The notes under the pieces were generated by a model. It saw only the letters and a list, made by a program, of their open reading frames with translations, ran no database searches and was not told the origin of the DNA. A program made the position numbers and the translations under genes. A stretch of DNA of 64,000 bases from Legionellales bacterium (GTDB taxonomy: Bacteria; Pseudomonadota; Gammaproteobacteria; UBA1113). Positions 39,534 to 48,566 of the stretch are shown piece after piece. The DNA lies in contig PAMH01000034.1 of NCBI GenBank assembly GCA_002707205.1, positions 47,337 through 111,336 of the forward strand. The letters are read 5' to 3'. How positions within the stretch are numbered: position 1 is the first letter of the stretch; each line of letters begins with the position of its first letter.

Positions 39534-40277
39534 TTAAACCCAGAATGCGAGTATTGCCATACAGCTCAAGCCTAAAATGAGAAAAATTAATTCACTTATT
39601 GGTAGGGTTTTGGGGTGTAAAATCCATGGAATGATTGGTCCTTCAGCCGTGGCAATATAAATAAAGGAACCGGCGGCAAAAGCACTAAATGCAGCCGTCA
39701 GCATATTTGCAGCAATACCATTGAGACTATGGAAAGCAAAAGCTCCAAGTAAAATACCTAGAGGTGTCATTAGTGAGAAGAATGTCAGTAGGTAGAAGAT
39801 TCGTTTGAAGGTGAATTGGTATTTTTTCAATATAATAAGCAATGTAAAGCTATCAAAAGCTTTGTGTGCAACAATGGCAAAAAATAAAATATATAGCATA
39901 TTAGTGACATGTACAAAACCTAAAGCTAACCCTGTGATTATACTATGGAAAGTTAGAATGCCAAAAATAAACCATGGAAATAATCGTTTGTTAAGCTGAT
40001 AAGTTTTGCCTATTTGGGTGAATCCAGCAAATAGCACTAAGCTTGAACTCATGATGAATATTGTTGCAGTATGAGAATATGGTCGTTGAGTTAGTTGAAA
40101 TAAATGTGTTGCATCTGGCAGTAAGTGAAAAAAAGCAGCGCCGAGGAAAATACCACAAACAAAAGCTTCACTTTTTTTGAAAAATAGATGATTCATGGTG
40201 AGACATAATGGGATAATGCCTGCTAAAAAAGCAATTAAAAAAATAATCAATGATAAGGAAAATTTGATAAAAAGCAT
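39534..40277 (-). CDS. zupT: ZIP-family zinc/metal transporter (ZupT-like)
   Basis: 8 TM helices; ZIP signature HLLPDA...; ~250 aa. Confidence 0.7.
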   Translation of the reverse strand: MLFIKFSLSLIIFLIAFLAGIIPLCLTMNHLFFKKSEAFVCGIFLGAAFFHLLPDATHLFQLTQRPYSHTATIFIMSSSLVLFAGFTQIGKTYQLNKRLFPWFIFGILTFHSIITGLALGFVHVTNMLYILFFAIVAHKAFDSFTLLIILKKYQFTFKRIFYLLTFFSLMTPLGILLGAFAFHSLNGIAANMLTAAFSAFAAGSFIYIATAEGPIIPWILHPKTLPISELIFLILGLSCMAILAFWV

Positions 40278-40310
40278 TGCTCGTGGTACGCAGGTAAGTA
40301 ATATTATTTG

Positions 40311-40360
40311 AGGGTATTATATACCCAAACCACCCTAAAATGCGAAGAAATTGACACATA
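40311..40360. promoter_or_regulatory. Conserved promoter-like element, copy 1. On the zupT sense strand it reads TTCGCA-19-TATAAT and overlaps a GGGTAT-N3-ATACCC palindrome. It is followed by a TTGACA facing the divergent 693-aa gene.
   Basis: GGGTATTATATACCCAAACCACCCTAAAATGCGAAG is almost identical (32/34) to 47646-47679. The -10 box lies ~30 nt upstream of the zupT ATG. Confidence 0.45.
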
Positions 40361-40475
40361 GCTCATTTGTTAGTAAAAAATATCGTTTTTTTATATTCAG
40401 TTTATTAATGTTATTTTAATTAATAGCTTTTATTATTTATCATATTTATTAATAAATTTTCTTTATCAATAAAAA

Positions 40476-42557
40476 ATGTTTAAGTCTTATAAGAGAAATT
40501 TTATGCCGACATTGACAAATAAATGTTACGAGACATCATTATCTAAATTAACAAATAAAAAGCCTGAAGAATTACCTGAATGTAAGGATTTTTCAATTAA
40601 GGCATTTGCTGAAGTATTGAATAAAGACTTGAGCGAGGCTGATGCGCTTCACATTCCGGAAGGATTAGAAGAAGCATTAAAAAAACATATTGGCGAACAG
40701 TCAAATTATTCCTTAATAAAACAATTAAAAGCAGCATGTTGGCGTGTTTATCAGTACTTAAAACACTCAGATATGTCATTAAAAGAGCGAGCAAGTTTAG
40801 TCGTTGAATTGTGCGAGGACATTCAAGAATGCACTCAGGGTTTTCATGAGCGTATATCGAGTTTTTTATTAAAAATACAACGACCGGTTAGTATCGATGA
40901 TTATCTACGTCGTATAAAACTCAATATCATTCAAGAAATTGCTGCTGAGATGAGTCGATCTAGGGGGTATCATAAGAATAGACAGGAAGGCAAACACCTT
41001 CACACGATAATGCAAAATTACGCACACACAGAAAAAATGGGTGTTCCCGATTCATCAACAAAGCAATGCTATGACATTGCATTTAATGACCGTGATAAAA
41101 GGGACTTTAAAGACGCATTCAATAAAAAATATAACGCATTAAATTTATTAATTATGTTACAGACAGAGATAGAAAGGGAATTAGAGGCATATTATGATTA
41201 CAAAGGGTTCAACGAAAAAGGATATGAATCTGTAGTTTACGAAAAAATAATTACGCATTTAAAAAAATTACTTGGTAAAAAGGTGACTTACGGTAATATT
41301 TTTTTGTTAAAAAATGATAAATTAGTTGATATTAACTACCTAAAGCTACAAAAGTTTTCATTTGAAAAATTACGTATTGACCAGTATATTAATTTTACAG
41401 AACTAGAGCAAAAGCTGTTTGAGGCAATTTACTCTGAGGAAGCTAAATTATTTCAGGACTATTTAGATTCAGAAGGAGGTATTGAATGTATCAAAGCGTT
41501 GCGCTTATTTTCGTATGAGGCATTATTTAATGCGCCAAGTAATGAGGCTAAATTTAATATGCTGATAGCACGTTGGTTTTCAGACGAAGAAAACAAAAAT
41601 CAGTTTTTACAGTTACCCGAACGAAAATCAACTTTAGTGTGTAGAATAAATATTTTAAGTATGGCATCAAAGAAGTTAATTAAGTCTATTTTTACGTCAA
41701 TGCCAATGACACTAACCAACATCTATGTCCTCGCGGCTTATAGCTTAGTTGCTATAGAGAATAAGTTACCCTTGGTAGATATTTTTTTAAATATTTTATC
41801 TGAGCAGGATGAAGAGTTTAAAACGGCTTATTTTACTAAGTATCATTCACCGACTCGCAAAGTTTCTATTTTAATGCAAGTGATGAAATTCTTTCCTGAA
41901 AAATTAGGGGTGTTTTTAGCGCAAATTTCCAGTTTATCTGTAGAAAAACAAGTTGAAATTTTTTCTTATATCACGCCAATGGGATTTAATATTTTTAATA
42001 TCCTACAAAGCTCGCCTAGAATCGGAGTCATCCTTGCTGCGCCAATCAATAGCTGGGAAAATAACAAACAGGCAGATGACATGATACGTCAGCTTATTGC
42101 AACGATAGAAAAATTACCATTAATTGCACAATATAAAATAAGTCAAAAAATGCCACAAAATTCAAGTATTGAGCTATTTATTGAATATTTAAATAATTTT
42201 CAGTCTAATGTTAAAAATAAGATAAATGCACTGAAAAATTCGGAAAACGAGATTGATCGCACTATTTTTACGTTAATTAATAAACTACACTATAATGCTG
42301 AAGAAAAACAATTATGTATACTGGCTGCCTATCATGAGCTTAAATTTAACTCAAACTCTGATAACCTCTTAAATAATGTTAGTCAGGCAGTGAATAATTC
42401 TGAAAGTGCATTATATCGCGCATTAAATATGCCAAGAGCACCAACATTAACGTTCTTGAATAGTTTGTTTTTTACCCAGAAAGAGACGTGTCAGTCTTTA
42501 CAGTTAATAAAGACTAAGCTTGAGGAACATAAGCGGATAACAAATGCTGTTAACTAG
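40476..42557 (+). CDS. Large AT-rich hypothetical protein (693 aa). Effector-like.
   Basis: Long ORF, mostly helical, with no recognisable motifs, flanked by housekeeping genes. Confidence 0.45.
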   Translation: MFKSYKRNFMPTLTNKCYETSLSKLTNKKPEELPECKDFSIKAFAEVLNKDLSEADALHIPEGLEEALKKHIGEQSNYSLIKQLKAACWRVYQYLKHSDMSLKERASLVVELCEDIQECTQGFHERISSFLLKIQRPVSIDDYLRRIKLNIIQEIAAEMSRSRGYHKNRQEGKHLHTIMQNYAHTEKMGVPDSSTKQCYDIAFNDRDKRDFKDAFNKKYNALNLLIMLQTEIERELEAYYDYKGFNEKGYESVVYEKIITHLKKLLGKKVTYGNIFLLKNDKLVDINYLKLQKFSFEKLRIDQYINFTELEQKLFEAIYSEEAKLFQDYLDSEGGIECIKALRLFSYEALFNAPSNEAKFNMLIARWFSDEENKNQFLQLPERKSTLVCRINILSMASKKLIKSIFTSMPMTLTNIYVLAAYSLVAIENKLPLVDIFLNILSEQDEEFKTAYFTKYHSPTRKVSILMQVMKFFPEKLGVFLAQISSLSVEKQVEIFSYITPMGFNIFNILQSSPRIGVILAAPINSWENNKQADDMIRQLIATIEKLPLIAQYKISQKMPQNSSIELFIEYLNNFQSNVKNKINALKNSENEIDRTIFTLINKLHYNAEEKQLCILAAYHELKFNSNSDNLLNNVSQAVNNSESALYRALNMPRAPTLTFLNSLFFTQKETCQSLQLIKTKLEEHKRITNAVN

Positions 42558-42580
42558 ATGTATTAACAAGGAAGTCCTTT

Positions 42581-42916
42581 TTGATTTATTATCTTTATAT
42601 TATTGAATGTCAAAATAACGCTTATTACACAGGCTATACAACAGATATTAAGCGTCGATATCGTGAGCATTGTAATGGTAGTTCTAAGTGTAAATATACC
42701 CGCAGTTTTCCACCTAAAAAATTATCAGCTTATTGGTCAATGCAATTATCATTGGCAGAGGTATTAAAATTGGAAAGAGCGGTGAAACAATTATCTAAAG
42801 TACAAAAAAAAGACTTAATTCATAAACCTGATTATTTCGTGCATTTTTTACAATTAAAAGGATATGATCAAGCTTTAATGAACTTTATTCAACGAGGAAG
42901 TGACGTGTCATCGTAG
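42581..42916 (+). CDS. GIY-YIG nuclease family protein (UPF0213/YhbQ-like)
   Basis: N-terminal YYLYIIECQNNAYYTGYTTDIKRRYREH is a canonical GIY-YIG motif; 111 aa. Confidence 0.75.
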   Translation: MIYYLYIIECQNNAYYTGYTTDIKRRYREHCNGSSKCKYTRSFPPKKLSAYWSMQLSLAEVLKLERAVKQLSKVQKKDLIHKPDYFVHFLQLKGYDQALMNFIQRGSDVSS

Positions 42917-42981
42917 GGGATCTTGGTGTTTGAGGCAGCATTTTATCAACGTTATGAAAGTTGCTGCCTCTTAGGATGGCT

Positions 42982-43614
42982 TTATAAATAAAAAGTTAGA
43001 TTAATTAAACCTTCATTGTATCTTAATGCTGATATATTATTTGAAAGTCCCGCAGATCCTGCATCAACATGATTAAACTCGGCACCAAGTGAAATATAAT
43101 CATTTAAGCCACGTTTTAAACCAATACCATATATCGCACTCCAAGATTCATGTGGTCCATCAATTGATGTCGCATTTTTGATGAGGCTGTCTTGAGAATA
43201 GTTTGCATTAACTTGACCCAAGCCTAAATTTGCATAGAGCAGTGTTCTCTGAGTAATCAAGATACCGGGAGTCAAGACGATAAATGCGGCATTATCAACA
43301 TCAACTTTTGTATCATTTTTAGAAACTTTAGCATCAGTAAACCCTTGATATTTTGCGCCAAGACCAAGATAGAAAAAGTGTAAAATACTATGTCCTAAAC
43401 CTGCATCAATGTCCCAAACAGGGCTATCAAAATTAGCACTGGTGACTGAGTTAGTGACACCATCAGAAAAATGTGTTTTGCCTGAACTGTACCCGCCAGC
43501 GGCACCTACATAAAGCCCATTAAATGTAGATTGAGCCATTGCTGTGGAGGTGGCAAAAAACGCAAAAATCGCAAGTAAAAAGTATTTTTTCATTGTAGTT
43601 GTCCTCATGTACAT
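42982..43614 (-). CDS. Small outer-membrane beta-barrel protein (OmpW/OmpA-beta-barrel-like)
   Basis: Signal peptide MKKYFLLAIFAFFATSTAMA; alternating amphipathic beta-strands; ~190 aa mature. Confidence 0.5.
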   Translation of the reverse strand: MYMRTTTMKKYFLLAIFAFFATSTAMAQSTFNGLYVGAAGGYSSGKTHFSDGVTNSVTSANFDSPVWDIDAGLGHSILHFFYLGLGAKYQGFTDAKVSKNDTKVDVDNAAFIVLTPGILITQRTLLYANLGLGQVNANYSQDSLIKNATSIDGPHESWSAIYGIGLKRGLNDYISLGAEFNHVDAGSAGLSNNISALRYNEGLINLTFYL

Positions 43615-43930
43615 TTTATTTATTACCTGTACTTACATTAACCTGCGCTATTTGTTTAATGATGATTAGAAAAATTTTCAGGCATTGTGCGTAGAGCTTA
43701 CAATAGAAACACGTTTTGCCTTAATCAGTTATTTTTACGACAATCTAGCCCAAAGTTTAATATAAGTTTAGGTATAATTTTCAGTTGGTATTATAATGAA
43801 AAATGTCAAGAAATACAGTAATGCTGATTTTTTTTTGCAAATAGCAATAAAAATCATTTCGGAGAATGAGTGATATTTGTATTTTTTAAGAAATTTTTCA
43901 TATACTTAACATAACTCTCATATTAAAAGG

Positions 43931-44239
43931 TTGGTTATGCGTGCGATTAAAAAATTAATAGCATTGGGGTTCTTTGTTGTAACATTATCTAGCAATGCTT
44001 TAAGTCAAGTCTCTGATTATGATACTAGTCTTCTTAGTGCTTTACCAGGGATTTGCCCTCATAAAATTAATTGTTCACCAGGCACAAATTTTCTTTCTAT
44101 TTCTGATGCTGATTACTGTGGCTGTTGTAAGTGTCATGGCGGTGTTTCTGGGTGTGCTGGCGGTGCAAAAGGACGCGTGATTTGTCTAGATGGAACCGTT
44201 TCAAGTAGTTGCAGTTGTCAATATTCACTCAGCAAATAA
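43931..44239 (+). CDS. Small secreted cysteine-rich protein of unknown function
   Basis: Signal peptide; 12 Cys in ~75 mature residues (CGCCKCHGG...GCAGG...CLDG...SSCSC). Confidence 0.4.
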   Translation: MVMRAIKKLIALGFFVVTLSSNALSQVSDYDTSLLSALPGICPHKINCSPGTNFLSISDADYCGCCKCHGGVSGCAGGAKGRVICLDGTVSSSCSCQYSLSK

Positions 44240-44284
44240 TATTTTACACGAAGAGCAAAATTTGAGATTAAATGTCGTACTGCA

Positions 44285-45010
44285 CTAAATCCAGTCAGGT
44301 AAATAGTTATCCGCGGTTTTTAATATTTTTTTATTTTCTTTCCAATGAGCATCATATCGTGCTACACAATGCCAAAAATTGATGGAATGATTGAAATGTA
44401 TTGTGTGCACCAATTCATGGATCATTACATGTCTTACAAGAATCGAGGGTAAAAAAAGGAGTTTTGCATTGAGGCTAATATGTTTTTCACCGTTACAACT
44501 GCCCCATTGCGCACGATGATGTCCAATTGAGACACTATTGTAAGGCAACGTAATTTCATGGCTAACTTGCTGTAGCCATGGATATAAAGATTGTTTAGCT
44601 TGTTGTGTCAGCCAACGCTTGAGTAATTGAACAACTTCTATTTTCGTATAATTACCATAAATAATAAAGCTATTTTCATTTAATGACATTAGTTTTGGTT
44701 TACTTGGCGTTTTTTGATATTCAATATGCCACGTTTTATCTAGGGCAGTTAATTTGATATTTTCAGGGAAGCAGTTATTTTGTGAATTTAAGTGTTGTAT
44801 TAGATGTCCCTCGATCCATGTTTGATTATTCTTGATAATTTGTTGATATTTTTTGGCGGATAATGGATAGGGTGATGTGATGATTATCTCACCTTTATGA
44901 TTGATACGTAGTGAAATATTTTTACTATTTTTACGAATTGATTTTTTTATAATAGTTGTCTCGAGCATACAGTTAATTAATTGCGGGTAAGTAATGTGAA
45001 AGTTCAGCAT
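44285..45010 (-). CDS. YgjP/DUF45 metal-dependent hydrolase (UTP pyrophosphatase family)
   Basis: WGSCNGEKHISLNAKLLFLP...HVMIHELVHTIHFNHS (HExxH) is typical of DUF45. True start probably at MLETTI. Confidence 0.7.
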   Translation of the reverse strand: MLNFHITYPQLINCMLETTIIKKSIRKNSKNISLRINHKGEIIITSPYPLSAKKYQQIIKNNQTWIEGHLIQHLNSQNNCFPENIKLTALDKTWHIEYQKTPSKPKLMSLNENSFIIYGNYTKIEVVQLLKRWLTQQAKQSLYPWLQQVSHEITLPYNSVSIGHHRAQWGSCNGEKHISLNAKLLFLPSILVRHVMIHELVHTIHFNHSINFWHCVARYDAHWKENKKILKTADNYLPDWI

Positions 45011-45425
45011 TTATTTTTTGAATGATTTCACATGCAGCTTTATTATTATAGGCGCGACTTGGTAAGCCCCAAACAGGGGAAGGCCATGCACTATCTGTTT
45101 TAAATCTAGCAATAATATGTACGTGAAGTTGCGGCACTTGATTACCAATAGCAGCAACGTTAATTTTATCACAAGCATAGAGCTGCTTTAGCAATCGACT
45201 TACTTGGCTAGTTTCTTCAATCAATTGATCTTGCAGTTCATCCGTTAATTCAAATATTTCAGTAACATGATTTACACGGGGTACTAAAATTAACCAAGGA
45301 AAATCTACATTATTGTATAATAATAATTGCGATAGTGCTAAATCAGCAATAAAAAAACAATCCTGCTGTAGTTCGGGTGCTAAAATAAAAGGTTCATTTT
45401 CAATAGTCATGCTGTTTATTCCCAA
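44973..45425 (-). CDS. HIT-family hydrolase
   Basis: Histidine triad QVPQLHVHIIAR. Confidence 0.75.
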   Translation of the reverse strand: MGINSMTIENEPFILAPELQQDCFFIADLALSQLLLYNNVDFPWLILVPRVNHVTEIFELTDELQDQLIEETSQVSRLLKQLYACDKINVAAIGNQVPQLHVHIIARFKTDSAWPSPVWGLPSRAYNNKAACEIIQKINAELSHYLPAIN

Positions 45426-46969
45426 AAATCGATTGTCTTTACGTTAATTTGTTTATATTTAGCATTTTCTTTAAAATCTTTAATGAGTTCGACAACATCA
45501 TAAGCAATGGACTTTGCATTAGAGCAATCAATAATTACAGTAGATTTTTCTGGTAATGCATCTAAAGCTTGCATGATATTTGCTTTATTAAAAAAAGACA
45601 CCTCCTCTGCTAAAACGAGATGATGTATGGGTTCATTATTTTCAGTTTCTAGGATATCTTTCATATAATAGGCATTGCGATAGCTATGGCGCAAAGTAAA
45701 GAATAGGCCAAAGCACATACCAATAATAATTCCTGTGAGCAAATCCGTGATTAAGACACTGATAACTGTTGCCAAAAAAGGCACAAATTGTTCTGCACCT
45801 AATTGATACATTTTTTTAAAGAGATCGGGATGTGCTAGCTTGTAACCAATAATAATTAAAATAGCAGCTAAAGAAGCTAATGGTATCATATTAAGTATCG
45901 GTGCAATCGTGATGGCAAATAATAATAAAAATAAACCATGCATAATCGTTGATAGTTTAGTTTTGCCGCCAAAATTTACATTTGCTGAGCTGCGAATAAT
46001 AACTTGGGTTATTGGTAGTCCCCCCAACAAACCTGAAATCATATTACCTAAACCTTGCGCTTTTAATTCACGATTCGTTGGTGTAATGCGTTTATGTGGA
46101 TCCATTTTGTCAGTTGCTTCAACACACAGTAAAGTTTCAAGACTTGCAACTATCATTAATACGATAGCTGTTTTCCATGTAATAAGTTTAGTTAATGCAG
46201 AAAAGTCAGGATGTGTAAATTGTGTAATAAATTCAGACCAATTTTCTGGTGTAGGAATTTGAACAATATTTTCTTTTCCTAAAGTTAATCCTAAAAAACC
46301 CCATTGATAAAACCAATAAAATAAAATACCGAGGATAACAACAGCAATGGGGCCTTGTATGATTTGAAATACCTTATGTTTTTTTATTAAAATTTTATCC
46401 CATAGTATCAGTGTCAATAATGAAAATACCGAAATAATGGTAGCTGCAAAATTACAGTGTCCAAGTGCTTGATAGATGGCATTAAAGGTTGTATCTCCAC
46501 TTAGCTGATAAGAAGAAAGATCGATGATTGCATTGGTATTATAACCGATAGCATAGGGAATTTGCTTTAGAATAATTAATAAACCAATACCTGTTAAAAC
46601 ACCTTTCACAACAGAGAGAGGAAAGAAATAAGCGATAAATCCTGCTTTACAATAACCTAATATAATTTGCATTAAACCAGCAAGTACAACACAGGCTAAA
46701 AAAGCTTCCCAAGATCCCAATGCTTGAATAGCAGATAAAACAATCACAACTAAGCCAGCGGCGGGGCCACTAACACCCAAACTGGATTTGCTTGCAAAGC
46801 CAACAATAATACCACCAATAATTCCTGCAATAATGCCGGAAAATAAAGGAGCGCCGGATGCTAGAGCTATTCCTAAACACAAAGGTAGTGCAACAAAAGT
46901 GACAATAATGCTGGCAGACAGGTCATTTTTAAAATAAGTAAATTCTAGTTCCTTTAGCATTTTAAGCAT
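45416..46969 (-). CDS. SulP-family anion transporter with a C-terminal STAS domain; a bicarbonate/sulfate transporter candidate
   Basis: Polytopic SulP core plus a STAS-like C-terminus. Overlaps HIT and follows beta-carbonic anhydrase in the same orientation. Confidence 0.85.
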   Translation of the reverse strand: MLKMLKELEFTYFKNDLSASIIVTFVALPLCLGIALASGAPLFSGIIAGIIGGIIVGFASKSSLGVSGPAAGLVVIVLSAIQALGSWEAFLACVVLAGLMQIILGYCKAGFIAYFFPLSVVKGVLTGIGLLIILKQIPYAIGYNTNAIIDLSSYQLSGDTTFNAIYQALGHCNFAATIISVFSLLTLILWDKILIKKHKVFQIIQGPIAVVILGILFYWFYQWGFLGLTLGKENIVQIPTPENWSEFITQFTHPDFSALTKLITWKTAIVLMIVASLETLLCVEATDKMDPHKRITPTNRELKAQGLGNMISGLLGGLPITQVIIRSSANVNFGGKTKLSTIMHGLFLLLFAITIAPILNMIPLASLAAILIIIGYKLAHPDLFKKMYQLGAEQFVPFLATVISVLITDLLTGIIIGMCFGLFFTLRHSYRNAYYMKDILETENNEPIHHLVLAEEVSFFNKANIMQALDALPEKSTVIIDCSNAKSIAYDVVELIKDFKENAKYKQINVKTIDFWE

Positions 46970-46987
46970 AAGTTCCTCTCTATGTTT

Positions 46988-47620
46988 TTAATTTAAAAAA
47001 GTGACTTTGCCTGTTGCAATGTCATATATTCCACCAACAATTTTAATTTCATTGGTTTCAACTAATGTTTTTAAAGTGTCACTCTTTTGTAAAATAGTAT
47101 CAATACTATTGCGTACATTTTTTTCTGTGACATGTGTTAAAAATTCTGTTTTATCTTTTTCATAAGTGTAGTTCTGCGCAGTAGATTCAACGGCTGGCTG
47201 AATTTTATTAAGTAAGGTGGTTAAGTGTGACATTTCCACATGTTCGCACGCGCCTTGAATTGCACCACAAGAGGTATGGCCTAAAACAACAATTAATTTA
47301 GAACCTGCAATTTTACAAGCAAACTCCATGCTACCTAAAATATCTTCATTGACGATATTACCTGCAATACGAATACTAAAAATATCACCTAACCCCTGAT
47401 CAAAAATTAATTCAGCCGTGGTTCTAGAATCAATGCAGCTTAATATTGTCGCAAAAGGATATTGTCCACTTGCAGTTTCATTAACTTGCTGTAGTAAATT
47501 TCTATCAAAACTCAAGTTGTCAATAAAGCGTTGATTACCCTTTCTTAAAAGTTCAATGGCTTGTTCTGGGGTAATTTTTTGTTGCATGGTTTGTGTTAGT
47601 GTTTTCATTGAGTTGCTCAT
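46988..47620 (-). CDS. can: Beta-class carbonic anhydrase
   Basis: Zinc ligands in SCIDSR and HTSCGA motifs; 210 aa. Confidence 0.85.
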   Translation of the reverse strand: MSNSMKTLTQTMQQKITPEQAIELLRKGNQRFIDNLSFDRNLLQQVNETASGQYPFATILSCIDSRTTAELIFDQGLGDIFSIRIAGNIVNEDILGSMEFACKIAGSKLIVVLGHTSCGAIQGACEHVEMSHLTTLLNKIQPAVESTAQNYTYEKDKTEFLTHVTEKNVRNSIDTILQKSDTLKTLVETNEIKIVGGIYDIATGKVTFLN

Positions 47621-47640
47621 TCCTACAGAACTTACTTAAA

Positions 47641-47690
47641 TATGTATTATATACCCAAACCACCTCAAAATGCGAAGTCATTTGGAGATA
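47641..47690. promoter_or_regulatory. Conserved promoter-like element, copy 2, ~26 nt upstream of the carbonic anhydrase start; same orientation and architecture as copy 1
   Basis: GTATTATATACCCAAACCACCTCAAAATGCGAAG. The sense strand gives TTCGCA-19-TATAAT overlapping the GGGTAT-N3-ATAC palindrome. Confidence 0.45.
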
Positions 47691-47749
47691 TGTTATATTT
47701 TAAAATGATTTACGTAAAAATATGTTAGACTGGGACGGTTAAAAAGTTT

Positions 47750-48508
47750 TTGCATATGTCAATGGAAGATAAACGTCAATTTATTTATAAACTAAAGCCT
47801 CAATTGGTTATTTGTTGGGTGTTATTATTAAAAATGTCAGCAGTTTTCGCGGGCACTAATGATAGTAATGGTTTGTGGGCTGGCATTAATATTGAAAATC
47901 GTTTTCAACCAAACTCAAAATGGCATTATAATGTATTGGTTCAGCCACGATTTATTAATAGCCAAGTGATGCTTCAACAAGTAGAAGTGAGTCCCGCAAT
48001 CTTTTATCAGCAAAATCAGCATTGGTCTTATTGGTTAGGGTATGGCCTTTTTCCAACGACGCCTCAGGGTACAAGTCAAACATATCTTGAACAACGTATT
48101 TGGCCACAAATAGAATATGATACAAATATAGGAGACCGATTAAAGCTAAGTGCGCGATCTCGGTATGAAATTAGACAATGGAGTGATAGTGCTCAAATTG
48201 CGACAAGATTTCGACAACGATTTGAAGCGACTGTAATTGGCCATAATGCGCTTAATATCAGTTATGATGCTTTCTATGAGGGCTTTTTAAATGTTAAAAA
48301 TGCAGATTGGGTAACGGATGAGAGAGTTGATCAAAATCGTTATTATTTAGGTATTGAAATCCCAACTACAGCAACAACCGTATTAAACTTTGGTTATCTC
48401 TACATTTATAGACCCAGAGAAGTTGAGTCTCAAGCTGAACATATTTTTTCCATCGGCTTAAGTGTAAATTTAGATAAGCGCGGAGTAGGGCCAGTTTATA
48501 GTGTCTAA
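47750..48508 (+). CDS. Hypothetical exported protein, Trp/Tyr-rich; possibly an outer-membrane beta-barrel
   Basis: Signal peptide; aromatic-rich alternating pattern. No confident family assignment. Confidence 0.4.
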   Translation: MHMSMEDKRQFIYKLKPQLVICWVLLLKMSAVFAGTNDSNGLWAGINIENRFQPNSKWHYNVLVQPRFINSQVMLQQVEVSPAIFYQQNQHWSYWLGYGLFPTTPQGTSQTYLEQRIWPQIEYDTNIGDRLKLSARSRYEIRQWSDSAQIATRFRQRFEATVIGHNALNISYDAFYEGFLNVKNADWVTDERVDQNRYYLGIEIPTTATTVLNFGYLYIYRPREVESQAEHIFSIGLSVNLDKRGVGPVYSV

Positions 48509-48566
48509 TTAAAAATCAAAAGATAATACAATATAAATTCCTATAAATGCAGCTGTTACTCTGGCG

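Noticed and set aside
40312-40326. Interpreting GGGTATTATATACCC as a Zur box upstream of zupT
   Set aside because: The sequence does not match the AT-rich Zur consensus (TGTTATAnTATAACA) that is clearly present at 9682-9694. It is therefore treated as a distinct, unknown operator.
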